Positions 9,540 through 17,167 of a stretch of 64,000 nucleotides of DNA are shown here, piece by piece (the stretch's first letter is position 1; each line of letters begins with the position of its first letter). The notes beneath the pieces were generated by a model. It made no database searches and had not been told where the DNA came from. It was given only the letters and a program-made list of their open reading frames with translations. The position numbers and the translations under genes were made by a program. Source of the DNA: Gemmatimonadales bacterium (GTDB lineage Bacteria > Gemmatimonadota > Gemmatimonadetes > Gemmatimonadales > GWC2-71-9); the NCBI GenBank assembly GCA_041615815.1, contig JBFJCP010000015.1:1-64000 (forward strand), written 5' to 3'.

Positions 9540-9953
9540 TCAGGCCGCGATGGCCGTACCGGTCATGAGGTCGGCCACGGTGGTCTCCCGGAAAAACGTC
9601 GAGACCTGTTCCGACACCGCCTTCCAACGCCAGTGAGCCGCGCAGGCATGACGGTCACTGCATTGGGGGCGACCGAGGAGACAGCTTCGTTCCTCGGCGA
9701 TGCGATCGAACCGTTGGACAACGGTGAGCAGCGAGAGCTCCTCCGGCGGGTGCGCGAGCTGAAAGCCGCCGTGTTTTCCCCTGGAGGACGAGAGCACACC
9801 GTCGCGGGCCAGCTCATGCAGGATTTTGGACAGGTAGTTTCTGGGAATGCCGAGGGCCTCGGCCACGTCGCCAACCCGGACCGGCTGCTCCTCAGCATGG
9901 TTCGCCAGGTAGAGGACCGCCTTCAGGGCGTATTCGGCGGTGCTGGACAACAC
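9540..9953 (-). CDS. Rrf2 family transcriptional regulator with Fe-S Cys motif
   Basis: LSSTAEYALKA, YLSKILHEL and SSRGKHGGFQL motifs; C-x6-C-x5-C-x2-H; GGAGG RBS before GTG at 9953. Confidence 0.92.
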   Translation of the reverse strand: MLSSTAEYALKAVLYLANHAEEQPVRVGDVAEALGIPRNYLSKILHELARDGVLSSSRGKHGGFQLAHPPEELSLLTVVQRFDRIAEERSCLLGRPQCSDRHACAAHWRWKAVSEQVSTFFRETTVADLMTGTAIAA

Positions 9954-9996
9954 CTGGAACCTCCTTCCCGGGGCACCTGCTGGCATTCTTGTTATT

Positions 9997-10012
9997 ATCA
10001 TGTTAATATGAT
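9997..10012. promoter_or_regulatory. Candidate Rrf2 operator in the divergent promoter
   Basis: ATCATGTTAATATGAT, a 16-bp palindrome with 7 of 8 pairs, in the AT-rich patch between the divergent operons. Confidence 0.55.
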
Positions 10013-10060
10013 CTTTAAGCGTGCGCAAGACCACGACTCCGTTCCCCCTCGAGGAGCGCG

Positions 10061-11632
10061 ATGCCGCCATTGACCAACCGACTCACCCGCTGGGGCCGTT
10101 CCGTGCTCACCCCGACGGACGCGTTTATGAACCGCCTCTACGGGTGGCGCTTCAATCCCTTGTACCACAGCGGCGCCCTCACGGTGGCCCTGCTGGTGGT
10201 GGTGCTCGTTACCGGCGTCTATCTCCTGCTCTTCTATCGGCTGGGATCCCCCTACGCGTCGGTCGCCAACCTGAGTGCGCAGACGTGGTCCGGGAGTTGG
10301 GTCCGCTCGCTCCACCGCTATGCCTCCGACGCCGCCGTGGTCGCGGTCGTCGTCCACGCGTTTCGCATGTTCGTCCAGGGTCGCTCCTGGGGGCCGCGGG
10401 CTCTCGCGTGGGTGACCGGACTCATCCTCTTGTTCGTGCTGATGGTCTGTGGGTGGACGGGCTACGTGATGGTGTGGGACACGCAGGGACTCGTCCTCGC
10501 GCGCGAGGGTGCACGGTTTCTCGATGCCCTTCCCCTCTTCGCCGAGCCCATCAGCCGAACCTTCGTGGGCGAACGTCCCATCCCCAATGCATTCTTCTTT
10601 CTCAACCTCTTCCTGCACGTCGCACTTCCCGTGGGCATGGGCGTGATCCTCTGGTTGCATGTGTCGCGCGTGGCCCGCGCAGCACTCTGGCCGCCGCGGG
10701 GACTCACGTGGGGCACGCTTGGCCTGTTGATGGCGCTCTCCGTGCTGTGGCCCGCGAGTATCGGACCCGAGGCGGACCTGTTTCGCATCGCCGAGCACGC
10801 GCCCTTCGATGTCTTCTACTCGTTCTGGCTCCCGCTCGCGAGACCGCTGCCGGCCGGCGCAGTATGGGCGGTCGTGTTGGGGGCATGCGTGGTGGTCCTG
10901 TGCGTTCCACTTTGGGCCCGGCCGTCCTCGCACGTCACGCCTTCGCCCTCGGTGGTCGACGAACGGCTCTGCACGGGCTGTCGACAGTGTTACCTCGACT
11001 GCCCCTACGAAGCGATCGCGATGGTGCCGCGCACGGATGGGCGGGCCGAGGTCGTCGCGCGGATCGATCCGGATCTCTGCGTGAGTTGCGGGATCTGCGC
11101 AGGATCGTGCGCGCCCATGGGTGTGGGACCTCCACAGCGCACCGGCCGCGACCAACTGGGCGCCGTCAAAGCGTTCGTGGCTACGCGCCAACCCGGTCCG
11201 CGGGATGTCGTCGTGGTCGCCTGCAACCGGGGAGCGGGCGGCGCGGCCGCGGGACCCAGCCTGGACAGCTCGCCCGTCTTCGGATGGAATTGCGCCGGCA
11301 GCGTCCACACGTCCGTGGTCGAGTACCTGGTGCGCTGGGGTGTGGCCGGCGTGTTGATCCTGGCGTGCCCAGCCCGCGACTGCTGGAATCGCGAGGGTCC
11401 CAAGTGGTTGGAGCAACGGTTGTATCACGATCGAGAAGCTGAGCTCAAGGAGCGGGTGGACCGCCAACGGGTGCGGCTGCGATACGCGAGTGAGGGCGAG
11501 CGCGACACCGTGCGTGCGGAGCTTCGGGCCTTTCGAGAAGACCTCGCCGCGCTGGAAGGACCCACGCCCGAGCGTGAGATCGATCTGGATCTCGAGTGCG
11601 ACCCCGTGCCTGACGAGGAGGCGGTGGCATGA
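10061..11632 (+). CDS. Cytochrome b + 2x[4Fe-4S] ferredoxin + MvhD/FlpD-like [2Fe-2S] fusion protein
   Basis: Two His pairs 14 apart (LHRY...VH, LHV...LH) and GWTGY; CTGCRQCYLDCP and CVSCGICAGSC; VAC...NCAG...LACPARDC. Confidence 0.88.
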   Translation: MPPLTNRLTRWGRSVLTPTDAFMNRLYGWRFNPLYHSGALTVALLVVVLVTGVYLLLFYRLGSPYASVANLSAQTWSGSWVRSLHRYASDAAVVAVVVHAFRMFVQGRSWGPRALAWVTGLILLFVLMVCGWTGYVMVWDTQGLVLAREGARFLDALPLFAEPISRTFVGERPIPNAFFFLNLFLHVALPVGMGVILWLHVSRVARAALWPPRGLTWGTLGLLMALSVLWPASIGPEADLFRIAEHAPFDVFYSFWLPLARPLPAGAVWAVVLGACVVVLCVPLWARPSSHVTPSPSVVDERLCTGCRQCYLDCPYEAIAMVPRTDGRAEVVARIDPDLCVSCGICAGSCAPMGVGPPQRTGRDQLGAVKAFVATRQPGPRDVVVVACNRGAGGAAAGPSLDSSPVFGWNCAGSVHTSVVEYLVRWGVAGVLILACPARDCWNREGPKWLEQRLYHDREAELKERVDRQRVRLRYASEGERDTVRAELRAFREDLAALEGPTPEREIDLDLECDPVPDEEAVA

Positions 11633-12192
11633 ATCGAAGCGGTCTTCGCATCCTCGGTGCCACGACCGCCGTCGTGCTGACCGTCGCGATCGGCGCCTTG
11701 TCGCAGGTACCCTACGAGTCCGATCCGGGAGACCATGCGCTGATCCGGCTCGCCTGGAGGGTCCGCGGCACCCGGGTAGAGGAATGCCGTCGGCTCACGG
11801 AAGAGGAGCTGGCGAGGATACCTGTACACATGCGGCAGGAGGAGGAATGCGTCGGCCGGATCCTGCCGTATCGCCTGCAGGTGCTGCTGGACGATTCAGC
11901 CGTCGTGGATCAATTGGTGCGGCCGGCGGGCGCGCGTGAGGATCGCCCCCTCTACGTCTTTCACGAACGAAGTGTGACACCAGGCGCCCACGAGCTGATC
12001 GTGCGGTTTGAGCTCGATCGCGGAAGCGGGCCGGCGCGTGCTCCGGATACCACCGCCACCCGCGGGAGCGACACGACCCCGTCCGTACTGGAGCTTCGCA
12101 CGCGGCTTGACATGCGCTCCAAGGAGGTGGCGCTCGTCACCTACGATAACGAGCGGCGACAGCTCGTCGTGCAAGGCTACGGCACGCCGTGA
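11629..12192 (+). CDS. Membrane-anchored hypothetical protein with C-x(n)-HM-x(n)-C motif
   Basis: ATGA overlap with the upstream gene; N-terminal hydrophobic helix; ECRRLTEEELARIPVHMRQEEEC. Confidence 0.78.
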   Translation: MNRSGLRILGATTAVVLTVAIGALSQVPYESDPGDHALIRLAWRVRGTRVEECRRLTEEELARIPVHMRQEEECVGRILPYRLQVLLDDSAVVDQLVRPAGAREDRPLYVFHERSVTPGAHELIVRFELDRGSGPARAPDTTATRGSDTTPSVLELRTRLDMRSKEVALVTYDNERRQLVVQGYGTP

Positions 12193-13481
12193 CCGTGACC
12201 TCCCCACCGCTTCGCACCGCGGCTGCACCCCGGCCAGCGGATATCATGCCCCCACTGGTGCTTCCGGCCCAACATTTCGCCGCGGCGCTCGTCTGGCTGG
12301 CCCTCGGTGCAGCTGGTTTGATCATCATCGCGCCGGATCTCGCGCGGGGAGCGTTCCTCACACCTCGCGTCATCGCCGTGACGCACTGTTTCACGCTCGG
12401 CTGGATCACCACCTCGATCTTCGGCGCGCTCTACCAGCTGTACCCGGTGGCGCTCGGCGTGCCGGCCCGAAGCATCCGGGTGGCCCATGTGACGTTCTGG
12501 GCCCTGCTGAGCGGTACCGCGCTCCTCGTTGTCGGTTCGTGGCTGTGGTCCCCGGCAGCCCTCGCCGCCGGATGGCTCGTCATGTTCGGCGCGGTCGGCG
12601 GGCAGTCCTGGAATGTCGTGGCCGGCCGACGACGTGCCACCCGAGGGAAGACCATCGGTCTCTACGTGTCCGCGGGGCACATGGGCTTGGGTCTGGCCAT
12701 GTTCGTCGTCGCCGTCCGGATCGGGGCGGCGTTCGACTGGTGGTCGGTGGATCGCCTCGGCGTGCTAAGCGCCCACGCGCACCTCGCCGTCGTTGGCTTC
12801 GCGACGCTGACCGTGGTCGGCGTCGGGAGCAAACTGTTCCCGATGTTCCTGCTCTCCCGAGGATACCCCGAGTGGCCACTCCGCTGGATTGGACCACTGA
12901 TCTTCGGTGGACTCGTGCTGTTCACACCCGGCGAGCTCATGCACGTTCGGTGGCTGGTGGTGGGAGGCGGTGGCGCAATGGCGCTCGGGGTGGTGCTCTA
13001 TCTGGCGCTGGTGTCGCGATACGTCCGAACCAAGACGAAGGCGACGCTCGAGCCGGCGCTCGCCCATGGCATCCTGGCGCTCGCCTTCCTCGCCGTCGCC
13101 CTGATGCTCGGTGTCACCGTGCTCCTGCGGCCATGGTCCGCCCGCGTCATCACGGCGTACGCGGCCGCAGGCATTCTCGGGTGGCTCTCCATCTTGATTG
13201 TGGGGATGTACTACAAGATCGTGCCGTTTCTCACCTGGCTGCATTGGTTCAGTCCCAAGGTCGGTCAGCCAGGGCTGCCCAAGGTGGCCGACCTCGTTTG
13301 GACGAGGGCGATCTGGGCCACCCTCGCGCTCCTCGGCGCCGGGATCGCAACACTGCTCATGGGTGTCCTCCTCGGATCGGGCAATGCGGCGACCGCAGGT
13401 GCTGCGGCCTACGCGGCCGGGGTAGGGCTCGTCGTCGCCCAGTACGTTCGGCTGGCCGCACACCGACCGGCCCAACCATGA
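12189..13481 (+). CDS. Polytopic (about 12 TM) His-containing membrane protein, NnrS/HCO-subunit-I-like
   Basis: Three pseudo-repeats (THCFTLGW...LYQLYP; HAHLAVVGF...KLFPMF; AYAAAGILGW...YKIVPF); GTGA overlap with the upstream gene. Confidence 0.75.
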   Translation: MTVTSPPLRTAAAPRPADIMPPLVLPAQHFAAALVWLALGAAGLIIIAPDLARGAFLTPRVIAVTHCFTLGWITTSIFGALYQLYPVALGVPARSIRVAHVTFWALLSGTALLVVGSWLWSPAALAAGWLVMFGAVGGQSWNVVAGRRRATRGKTIGLYVSAGHMGLGLAMFVVAVRIGAAFDWWSVDRLGVLSAHAHLAVVGFATLTVVGVGSKLFPMFLLSRGYPEWPLRWIGPLIFGGLVLFTPGELMHVRWLVVGGGGAMALGVVLYLALVSRYVRTKTKATLEPALAHGILALAFLAVALMLGVTVLLRPWSARVITAYAAAGILGWLSILIVGMYYKIVPFLTWLHWFSPKVGQPGLPKVADLVWTRAIWATLALLGAGIATLLMGVLLGSGNAATAGAAAYAAGVGLVVAQYVRLAAHRPAQP

Positions 13482-13765
13482 ACCCCGCAACACTCGAAGC
13501 CCGCCAACAAGCTGTCTATCACCAGCTGCGCCGCGTGATGGATCCCGAGTTGGGAATGAGCATCGTCAAGCTCGGCTTGGTCTATGACATCGATGTACAA
13601 CAAGGTGCGGCCGTGGTCACGATGACACTCACGACTCCAGGGTGCCCCTTGGAAGACGCCATCACGCAAGGGGTCGAGCGTGTGGTAGGGGAGCTACCGT
13701 GGGTGGAGCGCGTGGATGTAAAGCTCGTGTGGCACCCGCCATGGCACCCCGGAATGATACGCTGA
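13478..13765 (+). CDS. DUF59/SufT-like metal-sulfur cluster assembly factor
   Basis: DPELGMSIVKLGLVY, TLTTPGCP and WHPPW motifs; ATGA overlap with the upstream gene. Confidence 0.9.
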   Translation: MNPATLEARQQAVYHQLRRVMDPELGMSIVKLGLVYDIDVQQGAAVVTMTLTTPGCPLEDAITQGVERVVGELPWVERVDVKLVWHPPWHPGMIR

Positions 13766-13777
13766 AAGGAACCCATC

Positions 13778-14221
13778 ATGGAATCGACGACAAATCCCCA
13801 ACCCATCGCTCTCGACGTCCGTCCCGTCCTGGCTGCGGGCGAAGAGCCCTTCGACATGATCATGCAGGCAGCGGTGCGTGTACCCGCGGGCGGAGCGCTC
13901 GAGATCACGGCACCCTTCGAACCCATTCCACTGTACCGCGTGCTGTCGCTGCGCGGCTTTGGCCATCGCACCGAGCAGCGGGACGCAGACGAATTCGTGG
14001 TGCATTTCACGAGAACCAGCATTACGACCGACGCCCGTGTGGGAGAGATCTACGAGCGGTATCCGGCTACCGGAGCGGTCCTCGCCAACTACAACGTCGA
14101 TCTCTGCTGCGGCGGCGAACTCAGCCTGACGGTGGTTGCGCAGGCCAATGGCGTGACCGTGGAAGCGTTGCTGGAGTCGCTGCAGCAGTCTGTCGTCGAG
14201 GCGCTCAGAACCCAACGTTGA
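13778..14221 (+). CDS. DUF2249 + DUF542/ScdA_N two-domain protein
   Basis: LDVR...GEEPF...APFEPIPLY (DUF2249) followed by VGEI...YP...VDLCCGG (RIC N-terminal domain). Confidence 0.82.
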   Translation: MESTTNPQPIALDVRPVLAAGEEPFDMIMQAAVRVPAGGALEITAPFEPIPLYRVLSLRGFGHRTEQRDADEFVVHFTRTSITTDARVGEIYERYPATGAVLANYNVDLCCGGELSLTVVAQANGVTVEALLESLQQSVVEALRTQR

Positions 14222-14307
14222 AACAGCCGTCCGCGGCCAATGAGGATCTCGCTCGAAACCATATCGCTCGATTTTCGTAGAGAGCGGTACCACAGCCCGG
14301 AGCTGCG

Positions 14308-14754
14308 ATGCCTGTCTACGAAGAAAGCGTGTTCATCGAGCGCCCCGTGGAAGACGTCTTCACGTATATGGACGACGTCGCCCGCGAATCGGAATGGCAA
14401 CCCAACATCAGAAAAGCCGAGCTGATTCCCGCCGATCGCGCACCGGGTGTCGGGTCGAAGAAGCGCTACCAGAGCGAATTCCTGGGTCGCACGCTCGAAA
14501 ACACCTACGTCATCCGGACGTACGAGCCGAATCGGAAGATCGTGTACGAGAGCACACCGGACTCGGCCGTCACTGCTCGGGCGGAGATTGACTTCGAAGC
14601 CCAAGATGGCGGAACACGGGTCACCATGGCGTTCCAGGGCAAGACGGGCGGTCTGCTGCGCCTCGTGCCATCAGCGGTCATCGAGAGTGTCTTGCGGGGG
14701 GAATTGCGGGCGAGTCTTGCCCGCCTGAAGACGCTGCTGGAACGGGGGAGCTAG
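14308..14754 (+). CDS. SRPBCC (polyketide cyclase/dehydrase-like) family protein
   Basis: SVFIERPVEDVFTY...EW, YEPNRKI and GGTRVT motifs; terminal helix LARLKTLLE. Confidence 0.85.
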   Translation: MPVYEESVFIERPVEDVFTYMDDVARESEWQPNIRKAELIPADRAPGVGSKKRYQSEFLGRTLENTYVIRTYEPNRKIVYESTPDSAVTARAEIDFEAQDGGTRVTMAFQGKTGGLLRLVPSAVIESVLRGELRASLARLKTLLERGS

Positions 14755-14892
14755 CGCTCTAGCTCGTCATCCATTCGTCGTCCAGCTGTCCCACAGCTCG
14801 GTTCACACCATTCTCACCCTTGCTTCACCGCCGGTGTACTATGAGGCCAAGCTGGACGCTCTGGAATTCGCCAGTTGGTAAGGAGAGGGATC

Positions 14893-15489
14893 ATGCCGTG
14901 TACCGTCCATCGCCTATTCCTGGTCATCCCCGCCTTGACGCTCGCCACCCCCGTATGCGCCCAGGATTGGCAACTCTACCAATTCCGGCCCCACGAGCAC
15001 TTCCGCTATCAGGTCTCCCAGGTGGAGAGGGGGGAGAAATCGACAGGATACTATACGCTGAACGTAACTCCCGCAGACCAAGGCCGGCTCAGAATCGCGG
15101 TGGAGGGCTCGCTCGGTGACATGGAATGCTCGGCATCGGTCACGGCAGAATCGAGCCAGGCCCTGCCGCAATTGATGATGGTGCACTGCATGATGATCGC
15201 ACCGGTGACCGTTGCCCTGTTTGCCCCCACGTGGGCCTGGTTCCTTGGCCGGTCATGGGCACCCGGAGATCACTGGAGCATGCGCCAGGGTGGAGAGTCC
15301 ATCTCATTCGGTATCGAGGGCGACTGCCGGTACGCCGGTCAACGCGGCGTTTTCGGCGTCATGAAACAGAATGGCCACGTACGGCTCCAATCGTGTGTAG
15401 CAACCGATATCGGCCTGCCGCTCGCTGCCATGTGGAAGGAACCCGACGGCGACGGCATCGAGATGACGTTGATCGAGTACCGCCGTTAG
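14893..15489 (+). CDS. Hypothetical secreted protein
   Basis: AGGAG RBS; signal peptide ending VCA-Q; several Cys. Confidence 0.65.
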   Translation: MPCTVHRLFLVIPALTLATPVCAQDWQLYQFRPHEHFRYQVSQVERGEKSTGYYTLNVTPADQGRLRIAVEGSLGDMECSASVTAESSQALPQLMMVHCMMIAPVTVALFAPTWAWFLGRSWAPGDHWSMRQGGESISFGIEGDCRYAGQRGVFGVMKQNGHVRLQSCVATDIGLPLAAMWKEPDGDGIEMTLIEYRR

Positions 15490-15670
15490 CACATGAGTTT
15501 GGTAGGAGCCTCCGGAGGAGCAGCGGCAACTGCACGCAGGTGTCCGTTATGCGGACCGCAGCCCGGAGAGCTGTGCCACATTGCGCTTCCGATGCGCGAG
15601 GGATGAAGAGCGCTTCTCGAACGCCTGCGGGGGCGGGTGCCGGCTCCCAAAGCCGCGGAGAGCGGGCGCC

Positions 15671-17167
15671 TCAGCGCGCGGCGCGTACGCTCAGTGACGT
15701 GCCGCGGTACTGCGTAGGATCGACGTTGGCGACCGTGACAATCTCCCGTTCGCCATTGCGAAGCAGGGTGACCTCGACTCGCACCACGCCAACGCCGTCC
15801 GGGATCCCAAAATGCACGGGCGTTGCCCCCTGGGAGCAATAGCCTCCGCCCGTATCCACTAGCCGGCTTCCCACCAGCCGTCCGGACGCCTGGTCGTAGA
15901 CGCGGACTTCGGAACCGGCGAGCGTCCACCGTCCCCGCTCATCCCGCACATCTATCTGTAATGACGAACGCGCCACGCCTGCAGCCAGCTGATTGCGATA
16001 CAGTGGATGACCTCCCGCGGCGTTGTTGTTGGCCAACGCCAGATCCAGATCTCCGTCGCCGTCGAAATCTGCCCAGGCCATACCGTGACTAGCACCTCGC
16101 TCGAGCACCACGCTTGGTGTCACGTCCACAAACTGACCATCAACGTTGCGGAACAGGTGATCCGGAACTTCGGCGACGTCGCGGAGATACGATGCGACCA
16201 CGAGATCCATCCATCCATCGTTGTCGTAGTCCCCCCACACGGCGGTCGTCGAGTGGTAATCCTGCCCAAGTGCCGTCCCGGGTGCGACGTTCTGAAACGT
16301 GCCGTCGCCCAGATTCTGCCAGAGGACATCCGGGCCGTACGTCGCAATGAAGAGGTCCAGATCTCCATCGTTGTCGTAGTCGGTGACGGCCGGACCCACG
16401 CTACCGAACTCGTCGCCACGATCGGGCCAATCCATTCCGAGCGCAGGTGCCACATCGACAAATCGGTTCCCGTCGTACCGGTAGAACGCATCGGGATCGC
16501 CATTCTGGTTTGCCACGAACAGGTCGAGATCTCCGTCTTCATCCATGTCGAACCACACGACCCCCACCGTACGATAGGGATTGTCGATGCCGAGTGTCTG
16601 CGACACATCGACGAAGGTCGTGCCGTCGTTGCGGAACAGCCGATTCACCTTGTCACGAAAGGCGACGAACAGATCCACGTCGCCGTCCTGGTCGTAGTCC
16701 ACCCACGACGGCTGGCGGGTGGTGCCCTCGACGTCGACGCCATAGCGAGAAGCAACGTTGGTGAACCGTACGCCATTCCCCGCATTTCGATACAGGCGAT
16801 TGCGCATTCCGCTGGAGGCCGGATACCCAATGTACAGATCGAGATGACCATCGCCGTCAAAATCCCCCCACGATGCCGCGCGGGTGTCCGTCGTGTCGGC
16901 GAGGCCGACACTGGCCGCCACGTCGGTGAATACCCCACTATCGTTTCTGTACAACCGGTTTGCGGCTCCGCGGAAGCCAACAAAGAGATCGAGATCGCCA
17001 TCGTTGTCGTAGTCGGCCCACGCGTTGGGCTGTGCGCCAGGGGCGCCGAAGAGTGCCGGTTGGACCGCGTCGAATCGCGGCTCCGGGTCCGACGGGCGCT
17101 CGGTTTCGGATCCCGCCGTGCACGCGATCGCAATGACGGTCAGGACGCACCCCGCGTGCCCTCTCAT
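15671..17167 (-). CDS. FG-GAP repeat / CRTAC1-like lipoprotein with ASPIC-UnbV C-terminus
   Basis: Seven (W)xD(Y/F)DxDGDxDL repeats; GGGYCSQ...HFG motif. Confidence 0.9.
   Translation of the reverse strand: MRGHAGCVLTVIAIACTAGSETERPSDPEPRFDAVQPALFGAPGAQPNAWADYDNDGDLDLFVGFRGAANRLYRNDSGVFTDVAASVGLADTTDTRAASWGDFDGDGHLDLYIGYPASSGMRNRLYRNAGNGVRFTNVASRYGVDVEGTTRQPSWVDYDQDGDVDLFVAFRDKVNRLFRNDGTTFVDVSQTLGIDNPYRTVGVVWFDMDEDGDLDLFVANQNGDPDAFYRYDGNRFVDVAPALGMDWPDRGDEFGSVGPAVTDYDNDGDLDLFIATYGPDVLWQNLGDGTFQNVAPGTALGQDYHSTTAVWGDYDNDGWMDLVVASYLRDVAEVPDHLFRNVDGQFVDVTPSVVLERGASHGMAWADFDGDGDLDLALANNNAAGGHPLYRNQLAAGVARSSLQIDVRDERGRWTLAGSEVRVYDQASGRLVGSRLVDTGGGYCSQGATPVHFGIPDGVGVVRVEVTLLRNGEREIVTVANVDPTQYRGTSLSVRAAR

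Noticed and set aside
9998..11467. Long antisense ORFs (also 16007-17275, 17251-18519, 40459-41670, 43204-44682, 54298-55668, 56486-57655)
   Set aside because: They are shadows opposite well-supported genes in high-GC DNA and carry no recognisable motifs.
10061..11632. Hydrogenase or heterodisulfide reductase operon
   Set aside because: Only an MvhD-like domain is present; there are no NiFe large subunit or HdrABC genes.
12008..13477. 585-aa ORF 12008-13765
   Set aside because: An off-frame shadow of the membrane protein gene; only the last 95 codons (DUF59) look real.
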